A DNA stretch of 64,000 nucleotides from an uncultured Acidobacteriota bacterium (GCA_963718845.1 CAVRAD010000017.1:403154-467153), one strand, 5' to 3'; positions 1 to 10,966 are shown, counted from the stretch's first letter. The notes: a model not told the origin generated them from the letters alone. Made by a program: numbers and translations.

Positions 1-607
1 ACGTCTGGACGATGGCGTCCGAGAAGCTCTCGCCGTGAGAACGGGCCTTTTTTAGGGCAGGCAATCCGATGCCAAACGTGATTGCGAAACCGGTCACGTA
101 CTCGCGCGCTATGGCGTCACGTTCCTGAGCTAAAACCATCGCCTGCAGCAGGGTAATCGTGGGTTCTTCAGAAATATCGGCTTGCGGCACCCGGTCCATG
201 CCTCCGGGCTGCATAAGCCGGATCGCGCCATACGTCAGACGAGCATCTTCCACGGTGAGAGCATTTAAAACCGACATCAGGCTCCGGCGGATATCCTCTT
301 CTGCGCTCGCGCCATGCAGAGCGGCTTTTACCAGCGGGGCAAACAGCAGAATCATGCCCAGGTTGGTATTGGATCGCACCCAATGGCGCGTGCTAACCGC
401 CGCATCCAGGATGATCTGTCCCACTCCGACATGGAAAGCATTCTCAAGGGCAGAACCCAGCGCGGCCGCACTGAGCAAATAATCCTCAAGCGACGTGTCG
501 CAAAAATCATGATACCGATTCACATTCCCCGGTTTGGGCGCGCAGGCTTCCAGGACGCATGCCAGTTGGACCAGACGTGGAATTTGGTATTCAGTTTTTG
601 GCTTCAT
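1..607 (-). CDS. triphosphoribosyl-dephospho-CoA synthase family protein (CitG/MdcB-like); C-terminus lies beyond the window edge
   Basis: Own reverse-strand translation from ATG at 607..605: MKPKTEYQIPRLVQLACVLEACAPKPGNVNRYHDF...GMILLFAPLVKAAL...YGAIRLMQPGGMD. The frame stays open to position 1, so it is absent from the ORF track. CitG-like genes are known members of methanopterin-linked C1 gene islands. Confidence 0.6.
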   Translation of the reverse strand, partial: MKPKTEYQIPRLVQLACVLEACAPKPGNVNRYHDFCDTSLEDYLLSAAALGSALENAFHVGVGQIILDAAVSTRHWVRSNTNLGMILLFAPLVKAALHGASAEEDIRRSLMSVLNALTVEDARLTYGAIRLMQPGGMDRVPQADISEEPTITLLQAMVLAQERDAIAREYVTGFAITFGIGLPALKKARSHGESFSDAIVQT

Positions 608-757
608 GGGAACTGTGTATCATAGTTGTTTCACCATCTTCAACGCTGTAGAATTCAATGCGCGAAAATCAGCGGCAGGCATAGCACCAACGCGCCTGCC
701 CCAATCTTCGTATCTGTAACTTTGTAACAGACTCAGATAGAAATTAACCATAAGCAT

Positions 758-2456
758 TTGCCCGGACCGCGACCATTGGAACTGAACGATCCTCCTGAAT
801 TATTCCCCAAATCAACAAACACCCATGCCGCAACCGCAAATCTCCTGAAACGCTGGCCCTGGATTGCCATTGCCATCATTGTCCTGTTTGTCGCCGCCAT
901 CCGTATTCGCCTATTGCAGATCCCTCTGGAGCGCGACGAAGGAGAATTTGCCTACATGGGGCAATTGATGCTCCAGGGAATACCGCCCTATCTCATGGCG
1001 TATAACATGAAGATGCCGGGAATCTACGCTGCGTATGCCTTGCTGATGGCCGTTTTCGGGCAGACGACCGGGGGCATTCATATCGGTCTGCTAATGGTAA
1101 ATGCGACGTCCGTTGTGCTTCTGTTTCTTTTGGCCCAGCGGCTTTTCGACAATATTGTCGCAGTAGTCGCCGCGGCAAGTTATGCCCTGCTTTCGTTGAG
1201 TCCCTCTGTCCTGGGAACTTCGGCTCATGCCACGCAGTTCATCGTGCCGCTGTTTCTGAGCGGGACTCTTCTCTTGCTGCGGTCCCTCGATTCCGGAAGT
1301 CGCGGCTCCCTGTTTATAAGTGGTCTCTTCTATGGCTTGGCATTCCTGATCAAGCAGCACGCCATCTTCTTTGTCGCTTTTGCTTTGATTTATTACGCGT
1401 GGGTCGCAATCAGAAAAGCACCTTTTGATTTAAAAAGGCTTGCTTCAGGAAGTGCGTTATTGCTTTGTGCGACAGCAATTCCCTTCGGGATCTCCTGCGT
1501 CCTGCTGTATGCCGCCGGAGTTTTTAAAACTTTTTGGTTCTGGACCTTCGCTTATGGTGCCGAATACGTCACTGAGAATTCTCTATCCAACGCCCCTGCT
1601 CTATTAATAACGAAGGCTCCGCTGGCGATCAAATACTGGGCCGGCGTCTGGATAATCGCCGGAATCGGATTCACGTCGGTTTTGTGGAATCGCACGGTGC
1701 GATCAAGGTGGGCATTTATAACCGGAATAACGCTGTTCTCATTCCTGACAATCTGCCCTGGCTTCTATTTCCGGAATCACTATTTCGTGACGATGCTCCC
1801 TGCAGTCGCACTGCTGGCCGGAATCGCGACAAGCTCCCTGATGCGTTTGATTCCAGAACGAGGAATAGTGCGCAGTGCAAAGGCGATTCCACTTCTGATG
1901 ATCGCCGCAGCCCTCGTTTACCCGATCGCTCGGTACCGCGAGTTTTTTTTTACTGCCGCTCCGGGGCGGGCCAGCCAGATAATGTATGGAATCAGCCCGT
2001 TCCCGGATTCCGTGGAAGTCGCGGCCTACATCAAGAAGCATACGACAATAGACGATAGGATTGCCGTATTCGGATCCGAACCGCAGATCTGCTTTCACGC
2101 CGGCAGAAAATCAGCAACTGGATATATCTATATGTACCCTCTCATGGAACCGCAAATTTTCTCCGGGAAGATGCAATCGGATGTGATTCGCGAAATAGAG
2201 AATGCGCGGCCCAAATTTGCAGTCCGCGTCCATGTCCCCAACTCATGGGTTCGCCCGAACGGATTCCGATCCAACCATATTCCACTGGGCAGATACATAT
2301 TTCGGAAGCAACTATCGCCTAGCCGGGTTTGTGGATATTTACCCGGACGGGCGCTCCGAAGCCTTGTGGGACGACGACGCCAGAAACACCCGCTCAAAAT
2401 CGCAATTCAACATACAGGTTCTGGAACGCATTACCCGTTCGCCGCAACAGCCGTGA
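758..2456 (+). CDS. polytopic membrane glycosyltransferase-like protein (GT-C/ArnT-like), one frameshift near 2260
   Basis: The 599-aa ORF is rich in TM helices (RDEGEFAYMGQLMLQG..., many hydrophobic segments). The conserved-looking C-terminus continues in the frame of ORF 2202..2456 (DSDPTIFHWADTYFGSNYRLAGFVDIYPDG...). Confidence 0.55.
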
Positions 2457-2669
2457 ATGCCACCCTCGCATTGTGCGGCGCGACCGCATCTTCCTACGTA
2501 ATGGATAGTTTCACGGAATCGTACATTATCCTTGACAGCAGAAACTGTGTTGAGTAAGTCTAGCCCCCGTTGCAGCAGACGAGAATAGGCGGCAGGAACA
2601 ATCGGGCAAGAGAATAAACGGGCGCAGCCATCTTTAACTTTCTTTTATACGGAAGCGAGCGGTAGCTTA

Positions 2670-4136
2670 ATGTCAACGGCACTGATCATCGCACTTGCTT
2701 ATTTCCTAATACTCAGCCTAGGCACAAGTCTTTATCTCAGGAAAAGAATAAAGTCAGGCCGCGATTTTGTAACGGGCGGCGGCACGCTGGCCTGGCCTCT
2801 GGTTACGGCAGGCTTTGTGCTTGCTCCCCTTGGAAGCGGACACACTCTTTCCCTATGGGAAGCATCGGCGAATATGGGAGCCTCCGTTTTGTGGTGGGGT
2901 ATCATATCCGGCGGCATTTTTGTCCCTCTCTTTGTGCTCTGGTTCGGTCCATGGTTCCGCAGGCTGAACGTCCAGACTTTCCCGGAAGGAATGGGCAAAT
3001 TGTTTGGGGAAAGGATTGGATGGCTAATATCCGCCGTCTTCCCCGCTCAATTGATCGGTATCTGTATTGCCGAAATTACTGCAACTGCCACGGCTTTTTA
3101 TGCGCTGGGCAACAAAAGTATTCCTTTTGCTCCTCACTGCATCCTGTTGGCAGTAGGCTTAACGATACTCTACATCATCACTGCGGGCCTGATGCAGGCA
3201 GCCTGGATGAACCTGTTTAATGCGGTCATGCTGATTGTGGGTTCGTTTATAGCGGTTTTTGCCGTAGGTTCCTGGCTTTCCGGGCGCGGGGGATGGACGG
3301 TCGTTTCCGATTATTATGCTCAAGCGGGGACGGCCTGGAAAACAAGCGTCACGAATTTTTCGCCGGATGTGCTCTTCGGTATCATCTTTCCATCCCTGAT
3401 CCTTCTGGTATTCATGTGCAGCGCCTCGCAGGTGCAGAATCAGCCTATGCTGATGGCACGATCCGAGTCGGACATCCGACGCGGCGTATTTTGGGCTGCC
3501 TTTATCAACAGTTTGTCGACCTATCCCTGGGTTATTCTGGCCCTGGTCGGCATGTCTATTCCCGCGATCGCGATGGGCGGCGCGAAGCTTTCTATGCCCG
3601 CGCTGGCATTAATGGCGCTTCCTCAATGGATTGTGGGCATATTGATGATTGCGCTTCTGGCCGCGACTCTTTCCACTACCGGCGGCCTGATACTGGCATC
3701 ATCCCATATTATCGTCCATGACATCTTCAAGCGGGCTGTCTACCCGAAAATGAGCGACCGCACCTTTTTAGTGTTGACGCGGATCATGATTCTGGTTTGT
3801 GCGGGTTTGGTGATTGTCCCTGCTTTGAAGTTGCCTTACATATTCTCGATCTTCATGTGGACCTTTTCCTTCGCGATCCCGATATTTGGCGTCTACCTGA
3901 TAGGGATGCTGTGGAAGATCAGCAAGCCTGCCGCGTGGATCACCATCCTGGCCGGCTATGGGGCAAACTTCCTATGGACTTTTGCCGCGCCCAACTGGCT
4001 GCCTGCAAATATGAGCCTCAACGTGTACCCAACAATTTTTACCACTGTGTTTTTCGGCGTCGTGCTAAACCTTATCCTGCCCGGAGAGCCCGGGTATCTT
4101 CGCCAGCTGAAAACAGCGGCCCAAAAACAAGCGTAG
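2670..4136 (+). CDS. sodium:solute symporter family (SSF) transporter
   Basis: 488 aa with about 13 hydrophobic segments and SSF-like layout. The substrate cannot be read from the sequence. Confidence 0.7.
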   Translation: MSTALIIALAYFLILSLGTSLYLRKRIKSGRDFVTGGGTLAWPLVTAGFVLAPLGSGHTLSLWEASANMGASVLWWGIISGGIFVPLFVLWFGPWFRRLNVQTFPEGMGKLFGERIGWLISAVFPAQLIGICIAEITATATAFYALGNKSIPFAPHCILLAVGLTILYIITAGLMQAAWMNLFNAVMLIVGSFIAVFAVGSWLSGRGGWTVVSDYYAQAGTAWKTSVTNFSPDVLFGIIFPSLILLVFMCSASQVQNQPMLMARSESDIRRGVFWAAFINSLSTYPWVILALVGMSIPAIAMGGAKLSMPALALMALPQWIVGILMIALLAATLSTTGGLILASSHIIVHDIFKRAVYPKMSDRTFLVLTRIMILVCAGLVIVPALKLPYIFSIFMWTFSFAIPIFGVYLIGMLWKISKPAAWITILAGYGANFLWTFAAPNWLPANMSLNVYPTIFTTVFFGVVLNLILPGEPGYLRQLKTAAQKQA

Positions 4137-4190
4137 CGGGGATTTGTGCATACACTGGAATTATCCATTTATCGCGAGGAGGATTGAATA

Positions 4191-4298
4191 ATGGCATGGC
4201 CGTGGCGGATTTTGCTATTTCAGTTTGGTGTGACGATGGGATCGGCCCTCGTTTTCTATATTATCTGGAGATTGGCGCATCGCGGACAAAAATGGTAA
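4191..4298 (+). CDS. small single-TM protein (35 aa) downstream of the SSF transporter
   Basis: Own translation MAWPWRILLFQFGVTMGSALVFYIIWRLAHRGQKW. A strong Shine-Dalgarno GAGGAGG ends about 8 nt upstream. It is too short for the ORF track. Confidence 0.45.
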   Translation: MAWPWRILLFQFGVTMGSALVFYIIWRLAHRGQKW

Positions 4299-4331
4299 AT
4301 CGTCTGATTAAACCATAGAGGAGGCAAGACT

Positions 4332-4442
4332 GTGCCCGTATTGGATTCTGCAATTGCTTACTATTTGTGCGGCATTATGGTGGTTTTAGCACTCATCATT
4401 GTAGTGGGAGCGACCCGGCAGCACTTTAGCAAAGACAAATAA
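4332..4442 (+). CDS. small single-TM protein (36 aa)
   Basis: Own translation (GTG start) VPVLDSAIAYYLCGIMVVLALIIVVGATRQHFSKDK, with Shine-Dalgarno AGAGGAGG at 4317-4324. Confidence 0.4.
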   Translation: MPVLDSAIAYYLCGIMVVLALIIVVGATRQHFSKDK

Positions 4443-4501
4443 CACTCATTTTTCTTGAAGTCCCGGAGCCCTGGAAGACGACAGGATTCCGGCTATTCCG
4501 C

Positions 4502-5371
4502 CTATCCGCCCAGCACGTTATCTATAATCCGCGCGGCAATCGACTGGCCGGTGGTCTTCTGCAGGCCGCGCCAGCCGGGGATGCTGTTGATTTCTATCAC
4601 ATAGGTTTTGCCGTCTTCTGCCGGCATGAGATCCACTCCCGCATAATCCAGTTCGAGCAGGCGTACGGCTCGTAAGGCCAGAGCTTCCATTTCGCCGCTT
4701 AACGCAATGGGTTCAACCTTCGCGCCTTTGGAATAGTTAGTTTTCCATCCTGTCCCGGTGCGAAGCATCGCTGCCACGACCCTGTCGCCCACGACGAAAG
4801 CTCGGATATCTTTCTGAAAGTGCGGCAGGTATTCCTGAATGTAGTAGATATAACGGTTCAGTTCCCAGGCGCGCAGCACGCGATAGGCCGTTTCTTCATC
4901 GCTGATCCGCACCATGCCTTTCCCTTCCGATCCGAAGAGAGGCTTGAGGATCACGTCTTTCATCTCAACGCAAGCCGCCAGCGCCGTCCGGAAATCCTCC
5001 GTAACGATCGTGCGCGGCGTCGGAATCCCGGCATCGGCCAGCAGAAAAGAAGTGTAATATTTATCCACGGTGCGCTCGATGGATAAAGCAGAGTTGACGA
5101 CGCGTACGCCCAGGCTCTCCAGCCGGTGCAAAACATCCATGCGGAAGATGATCTGTTCGAGCGAGCCCGTTGGAATCGTGCGCACGAGCAGAGCCCTGCA
5201 CTCCTCCAGGCTCTCGCCGCCTGCATGCAGCGCAGGCCTTCCGCCCACGGAACCCGCCAGCCGCGCAATCGGAAAATAAACCGGCTCACAGCTTCTTTGA
5301 CGCACCGCCTCCTCGAGTGCCTGAACGTGATAGCCTCTTTGTGAAGACAAAATTCCTATTTTGGCCGGCAT
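4502..5371 (-). CDS. RimK-type ATP-grasp alpha-L-glutamate ligase (MptN-like, tetrahydromethanopterin glutamylation candidate)
   Basis: 289 aa with RimK-like sequence (VILKPLFGSEGKGMVRI..., YAGVDLMPAEDGKTYVIEINSIPGW). It is the last gene of the fwd/mch operon, 3 nt after mch. Confidence 0.7.
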   Translation of the reverse strand: MPAKIGILSSQRGYHVQALEEAVRQRSCEPVYFPIARLAGSVGGRPALHAGGESLEECRALLVRTIPTGSLEQIIFRMDVLHRLESLGVRVVNSALSIERTVDKYYTSFLLADAGIPTPRTIVTEDFRTALAACVEMKDVILKPLFGSEGKGMVRISDEETAYRVLRAWELNRYIYYIQEYLPHFQKDIRAFVVGDRVVAAMLRTGTGWKTNYSKGAKVEPIALSGEMEALALRAVRLLELDYAGVDLMPAEDGKTYVIEINSIPGWRGLQKTTGQSIAARIIDNVLGG

Positions 5372-5373
5372 GG

Positions 5374-6348
5374 CTAGGATTCCAGCAGCGAGGAACGCAG
5401 GAGAGACGGATTCAACCGGCCGGCACGGAAGGTGCGCCCGGAATTCAGGTCATTGATCTCCACCTGCGCCGGGCTGAACAGCATGCGGTCGATCTGATAA
5501 AAATCCCCGTTATAGCGCTGAAACAGTTCATAGAAAGGAGTGCCATAATCCCGCGAGCTTTCCGAGGGGACCTTTGCGATCAGTTCCGCCAGCGCCCGCT
5601 CCTCCGCGCGGACGGTGTAGAAGACCTGTGCGCCGTACAGAATCGCGTCGTTGGTCCGCCCGATAGCGTGTAAATCGTCCGCCGCCGCAGGCGCCAGCGG
5701 GCACACGCCGGAGGCCGAGGTAACCGAGCGCACGTCGAATCCCAGTTCCACCAGTTTGTGCATACCGGTTTCCGCAGACCGCGCGGCGACTTGAATGGAT
5801 CCGACCAGGGAGGCGGTGGGAGCTATTACCAGAAACAGGTGCTCCGGTTTGACACCGCATTTTTGCGCCACAAAATCCGCCACGTCCTCACCCGGCAGTG
5901 TGCGGCCTTCAAGCATCAGGACCGCGGTTTCAGCCTGGTCTTTATAATCCAGCTTCTCGTAAATTTCCTCGCTGGCGCATAAAGCGCGCGCAGGACCGGA
6001 TCCGATGGCGAAATAGCGATCCAGTTTAACTGCCCAGCCGGCATACTGCGAAGCCATACAGGCGATATGAGGGCAACTGACCCGTACTTCAACTGCCGGA
6101 AGCCAGAAGCCGGAAGATGGATCGGACTCCGGACCAGGAAAGTTTTGATGTGTGAATCCAACCTGCCCCAGTCCGCCGAGGCACGCGCAGGCGAACAACC
6201 GTCCTGCTTCGAAACTGCCCGGCACCTGAACGCCGGCATCAAGCACCGTAGCGCCATTCTTCAGTTTTTTCGCATCGAGGCCGAGTGCTTCCCGCTCCTC
6301 TATCATCTGTAGGACAATCGTTGCGGCACGCTTATTAACGCTGATCAT
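5374..6348 (-). CDS. mch: methenyltetrahydromethanopterin cyclohydrolase
   Basis: 324 aa: ISVNKRAATIVLQMIEE...NGATVLDAGVQVPGSFEAGRLFACACLGGLGQVGF matches the Mch family pattern. It overlaps the upstream fwdC-like gene by 14 nt. Confidence 0.9.
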   Translation of the reverse strand: MISVNKRAATIVLQMIEEREALGLDAKKLKNGATVLDAGVQVPGSFEAGRLFACACLGGLGQVGFTHQNFPGPESDPSSGFWLPAVEVRVSCPHIACMASQYAGWAVKLDRYFAIGSGPARALCASEEIYEKLDYKDQAETAVLMLEGRTLPGEDVADFVAQKCGVKPEHLFLVIAPTASLVGSIQVAARSAETGMHKLVELGFDVRSVTSASGVCPLAPAAADDLHAIGRTNDAILYGAQVFYTVRAEERALAELIAKVPSESSRDYGTPFYELFQRYNGDFYQIDRMLFSPAQVEINDLNSGRTFRAGRLNPSLLRSSLLES

Positions 6349-7144
6349 AAACCAGGATTTCTCCTTTCCCCAACCGATTGAAATCTCCGCTGTAGCGTCG
6401 ATAGAAGCCCGTCACCCATGCTTCAGGCACAGGCACTCCCTGTATCTGCAATTCCCGGAAGATCAGCTTCAGAAAATCAGGCTGATAGCTGCAATCATAG
6501 CGGAAGGTAGGCAACAGTTCCGGCGGCTGAAAAGCAATGATTGTGCCGCGCAGCAATCCCGCGCCCGCGCGGATACCCATCTTTCCGAAAACCATAATGG
6601 ATCCGGCGATCATGAAAGCCCCGGCGAAATCCCCCGCATCGCCTTTGACCACGATCGAACCTCTCCGCATTGCGGCACCCACTTCATTGCCGGCATTCCC
6701 TTCCACGATGATCAGGCCGCGATTCATCCCGTACCTGCTGCCCCGGTAGGCGCCGCCTAGACCATGGCCGGCATTGCCGCGGATATGAATTTTTCCCCCG
6801 GTCATCTCCGCCCCGGCCCAGTCTCCCGCATTCCCCAAAAGGTCGACTTCGCCTCCCTGCATCCAGGCTCCCAGATGCATGCCCGCATCGCCGTTAATCG
6901 TGACTTTGCCTTGCTTCATCCTGGCCGCAATATTTTTAACGCGGCTCAAGTCCCCATTTAGAACAACCTCTGCCGTCCCGTCGCCGTCGATCTTAAAAAA
7001 ATCACCCAGCAGAGCCGCTTCGTTGCCGTGCATCACAGGCAGAGCGGCGATTGCAGCAGCGGTTTTGCCCAAAAAGTTGTCCGGCGTAATGGCTTCAGCT
7101 TCCAGAGGCGCATCCGGTTGCCGTTTTAGCGTCAGTGTCGTCAT
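6335..7144 (-). CDS. fhcC: formylmethanofuran dehydrogenase subunit C-like (FwdC/FhcC)
   Basis: 269 aa with repeated GNAG/GDAG...GA.M.GG.I beta-helix motifs typical of FwdC. Confidence 0.85.
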   Translation of the reverse strand: MTTLTLKRQPDAPLEAEAITPDNFLGKTAAAIAALPVMHGNEAALLGDFFKIDGDGTAEVVLNGDLSRVKNIAARMKQGKVTINGDAGMHLGAWMQGGEVDLLGNAGDWAGAEMTGGKIHIRGNAGHGLGGAYRGSRYGMNRGLIIVEGNAGNEVGAAMRRGSIVVKGDAGDFAGAFMIAGSIMVFGKMGIRAGAGLLRGTIIAFQPPELLPTFRYDCSYQPDFLKLIFRELQIQGVPVPEAWVTGFYRRYSGDFNRLGKGEILVYDQR

Positions 7145-8040
7145 ACGGGAGAGACCTCGTCTAATATCTTGCGCAGATGGAATTTGAACTTTCCCAGATT
7201 GCCCCCGTAGTTACCCGCGGAAATACCGCATATCCCGGGAATACACGCCGCCAGAATCCCGGCACGGGTCGCCCGTTCAATGGACGCCACATCCAGTCCG
7301 TCAATGACGATTTCGAGCACAGAGTGAACACCCTCGGGCAACGCGGACGCCACGAGACCCCGCAGACTTGGGCAATAGGCATGGTTCGTGGAGGCTTTTA
7401 GAAACTTATATTTCGAACCTACCTTGCTGCCGCTGCGCACGATTCCTCCGGGAAAAGGCATGACAACTCCAGGCACACGGTGCATCGCTTCCACTGCCAG
7501 TTCGGCTGCCTCGAGCGTCACCGGCTGATGACTGCCCAGTATCAGAAAATTACCTCCGCCGATAGCGCGCTGCACACCAAATTTGTCCTCGACCAGAAAT
7601 TCCCCTTCCATCACCGGAACACGCCAGTAGCGTCGGCCGCCGATCACTTTGCTGCTCTGGAAACCATCGCCGAAAAAACGCAACTGCCCGCCGATGGAGA
7701 CTCTCTCTTCGCCCGGCAAGCCATTGAAACAGGCAGCGGACGGGCAGGTCAGCACACACTGTCCGATACGGGCTATCAGCTGGCGCACGAGAGCATCCTT
7801 GCCCATGGCGAATATCAGGACGCTCACTCCCGGCCGCCCGTCAGGCGTCTGCTCGACGTCGCCTTCGATGCCCGCTTCGCAGCCGCAGGCGATGACGGAA
7901 GTGGCAAATCCCGTCATTTGAACAGCGGCTTCCCGCGCCCATTTGCGATTGGCTCCTGTGATGAGTATGCGCGCGCACCACATGCCGAAAGCTTCGGCGA
8001 AGGTATCTTCAATTTCCACACCGTTGATGCACTGTGTCAT
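7141..8040 (-). CDS. ftr: formylmethanofuran:tetrahydromethanopterin N-formyltransferase (Ftr/FhcD)
   Basis: 299 aa: INGVEIEDTFAEAFGMWCARILITGANRKWAREAA...TGFATSVIACGCEAGIE is the Ftr signature region. Confidence 0.9.
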   Translation of the reverse strand: MTQCINGVEIEDTFAEAFGMWCARILITGANRKWAREAAVQMTGFATSVIACGCEAGIEGDVEQTPDGRPGVSVLIFAMGKDALVRQLIARIGQCVLTCPSAACFNGLPGEERVSIGGQLRFFGDGFQSSKVIGGRRYWRVPVMEGEFLVEDKFGVQRAIGGGNFLILGSHQPVTLEAAELAVEAMHRVPGVVMPFPGGIVRSGSKVGSKYKFLKASTNHAYCPSLRGLVASALPEGVHSVLEIVIDGLDVASIERATRAGILAACIPGICGISAGNYGGNLGKFKFHLRKILDEVSPV

Positions 8041-9668
8041 AGGTTTCCGTTCCCCATAATTTCGTGAGGTCGCGGCAAATAGTGTTCCAACTGCACCGGA
8101 TAATTTTCAAATTCAATCGTGTAATACTTGTCAAAAAAATCCCGAATATCCTTTTCCACCGCCGGGTCATATCCCGGCGAAACGTACAAGGTGCGACCAT
8201 AGGTTTCCTGTCGAATGTGCCCCTCTTCCACAAGAACCTGCCCTTCCTTGATCACATATCGGGGCGACGCAAACATCTTTTCCTTATCTTCGTTTTTGTC
8301 GTAGATGGTCACATCGGCATCCGCGCCAATTCCCAGGTGACCCTTATTATTCAAGCCCAGGATGCGGGCCGGAGCGGCGCGCGTAATAATGGCGATTTCA
8401 AAAAGAGAATATTCACGGTCGTGATCAGGGAGAGTTGTTTTCGCAATCGCTTTCGGATTCACTTTTTTCAACGCTTCGCGCCGGTATTCCCGGTCCATCA
8501 GCAGGCGAATGATTTGCGGGTAGGCGACAAACGAAGCCCCGTTGGGATGGTCGGTGGAAAGCGCGATGCGCCATGGATCCCGCAAGAGCAGGAACCATTC
8601 CAGACCAATTGCCCATTGCGTCGCGTGCACGTAGTTTTTGTCCTTATATTCGATGGGCACGATGCCGCATCCTTCTTCATTTTCCACATCCACATTGACC
8701 CATTTGCGCCCACTGATCTTGTGGAGCATATATGCCAGCGGTCCGTCCCCTGTCATCGACGTAGTATCTCCGAACATCACCTGGCCGACATCCACAGTCA
8801 GATTGGGATGCGTGTTCACATATTCGGCCAGCTCGGGAACGCGCGAGGTAAACAGGCTGCCCGGTTGGCCGCCGTAGCTGTGAAATTGGATATGCGCAAA
8901 ATGCCCGTTTCGGCCATCCAGTGTTCTCATCGTCTCAAAAGTGGTTTCCCAGTTGCCGGCAACGCCCAGGTTATTGCAGTGAATGTGCACGGCATGCGGC
9001 AGGCGCAGTTCCATGCTCGCCTCTGCCAGTTCCTGGATAATCCGGCGCGGCGTAACATTAAACCCCGTAACCTCATCATCGAGGCCGTGCGCGTTGCCCA
9101 GGGATTTCCAGAGTTCGACTCCGCCGGGATTAACCAGTTTCACGCCATAGCCTTTGGTCGCCTGCAGTAGCCAGGCGACATAGTGCCGCATTTTTTCCCG
9201 CTCTCCCGCGGCGATCTGCCGCATGATGAATTCGTTGTTCCCCATCAGCACAAAAAAGCCCTTGTCGATCACAGGGGTATCCATGAACTCTTCATGCGCA
9301 TGGCGAGCGGCCATAGGAGGCACGGCGGCATCGAATGCAGTCGTGTAGCCCATCGCCGCATAGCGATAGCCGGTGGCAAAAGTCGAGGGCACCGTTTTGC
9401 CGACGCCGGAGCGGGTCAAGGACGTGCGCGGCACCGGATCCAGTCGATGGTCTTCCGGGCGCATTTTGCGGGCGGTATTTACTTTGGGCCCGGCAATGTG
9501 CGCGTGCATATCGACTCCCCCCGGCATAACGACCATTCCGGACGCGTCGATCGTCCTGCATCCGCTGACCGAAGCAACGATCTGCCCATCCTCGATGCAA
9601 ATATCGCGCACATCCCCGTTTATGCCGTGCGCCGGATCATAGACTTCGCCGTTGATAATCTTCAGCAT
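8037..9668 (-). CDS. fhcA: formylmethanofuran dehydrogenase subunit A-like amidohydrolase (FwdA/FhcA)
   Basis: 543 aa, amidohydrolase-type GGVDMHAHIAGPKVN and FwdA-like overall length. Start and stop overlap the neighbouring genes. Confidence 0.85.
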   Translation of the reverse strand: MLKIINGEVYDPAHGINGDVRDICIEDGQIVASVSGCRTIDASGMVVMPGGVDMHAHIAGPKVNTARKMRPEDHRLDPVPRTSLTRSGVGKTVPSTFATGYRYAAMGYTTAFDAAVPPMAARHAHEEFMDTPVIDKGFFVLMGNNEFIMRQIAAGEREKMRHYVAWLLQATKGYGVKLVNPGGVELWKSLGNAHGLDDEVTGFNVTPRRIIQELAEASMELRLPHAVHIHCNNLGVAGNWETTFETMRTLDGRNGHFAHIQFHSYGGQPGSLFTSRVPELAEYVNTHPNLTVDVGQVMFGDTTSMTGDGPLAYMLHKISGRKWVNVDVENEEGCGIVPIEYKDKNYVHATQWAIGLEWFLLLRDPWRIALSTDHPNGASFVAYPQIIRLLMDREYRREALKKVNPKAIAKTTLPDHDREYSLFEIAIITRAAPARILGLNNKGHLGIGADADVTIYDKNEDKEKMFASPRYVIKEGQVLVEEGHIRQETYGRTLYVSPGYDPAVEKDIRDFFDKYYTIEFENYPVQLEHYLPRPHEIMGNGNL

Positions 9669-10953
9669 GACTGCAACTCCTTCACGCGCGCGAGCAAGCG
9701 GCCGAGCACCTCTTCATCCGACGGATAGCGCGAGGCCAGAACCCTGCGCATATGAATCGGGACACTGTCCATGCGGTAAATCGTCCCCTCCACATGGATT
9801 CCTGCCGTCGCGGTAATGAAGACAATCCTGGCAATTTTTGTTGTCTCGCTCTCGTGCGTATCCAGAGCGATCGTGGGAATCTCGGCCATGCGGCGCGCGG
9901 CTTTGCCCGGAAGGCTGGAGACCGGATCTGCGGCCACCACAAGCGCCGCATCCGCTTCGCCCCGGCTGAAGACATCCACTACCGTATATTCGCCGGGATT
10001 GAATCGTGGATATCCCAGGCTGAAATTGACTCCAAAAGGATACCCGGTCTGCCAGGCGAGGACGTTATCTATGCCGGTAACATTGCCGTGGCCGCGCATC
10101 GGCATCAGCGCAAATTTTGCATGGCGATTCAATGCGCGGACCAGCAGGAAAGCCGCCGAAGTATTAAAATGCTTGCCGCGCGTCTGAGTCAATCCCTGGC
10201 CTACGAACAGGACGCCGAATTTGCAATGCATCATCCGGTCCGCCAGATCCGTCAGTTGATCGAGTGTCAGCCCGATCTCCTCTACCGCGGCCTTATCCAA
10301 TTTTTGACCGTTGACCAACGCTTGCAGCGCCCATAATGCTTCAAAATCTTTGCCTGGCTGGATCTGAAGGAAAATATCCGCAGCGCGCGGCGCTGGCGGT
10401 TGTTGCGCACATCGACAAGCACCACGGTCCGGCCCTTGCGGCCTTCCGGAATAAACATTCCTTTGGGAGTCACCGCGTAGCGCGCCATGTGGCGGGGATG
10501 GGACTCTCCGGGATTGGATCCCCAGTAGACAACCAGATCGGCGCGATTTTTCACTTCGCCCAACGTGCAGGTCGGTTCTCCCACGCCCTGCAGCGCCATG
10601 CCGGATGGTCCGTGGCACACAGACGTACAGCAATCGATGCAACCACCCAAGGCTTCGGCCAGCGCCACCGATTTGCGTTGCGCCTCGCAGGACGTGCTGC
10701 TCAGTCCGTAAATAAATGGGTAGCGGGCTTTCGCCAGATGCCGGGCTGCCGCTTCAATGCCTTGATCAAGAGTGGCCGGTTGACCTTCAATTCTCACCAC
10801 CGGCAAATCCGAGGGCGCCCCGTGGCTCAAAAACCAGGCCTTGCCCAAAACACAGGCATTCTTTGTCTGAGTGATGCGATCATTTTCCACCGTAACACTG
10901 ATATCGTCACAGACGCATCCGCAGAAGGCACACACTACATGATCTATTTGCAT
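9662..10953 (-). CDS. fhcB: formylmethanofuran dehydrogenase subunit B-like (FwdB/FhcB), one frameshift near 10385
   Basis: Two ORFs (10282..10953 and 9662..10642) join into one FwdB-like protein. The N-terminus MQIDHVVCAFCGCVCDDISV...KNACVLGKA carries a CxxCx3C...C pattern, followed by CCTSVCHGPSG. The junction reads VVLVDVRNN / AADIFLQIQPGKDF. Confidence 0.8.
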
Positions 10954-10966
10954 CGAGGTTCCCCGT

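Noticed and set aside
8064-9170. Long ORFs antisense to real genes. Examples are 8064..9170 (368 aa, opposite fhcA), 30504..31688 (394 aa, opposite nuoL), 50416..51537, 51955..53142, 60862..62139 (425 aa, opposite the EF-G paralogue), 36355..37182 and 45595..46440.
   Set aside because: Their translations are low-complexity and rich in Arg/Gly/Pro/His, with no recognisable motifs. Each lies exactly opposite a gene with strong family signatures. They are typical shadow ORFs of moderately GC-rich DNA.
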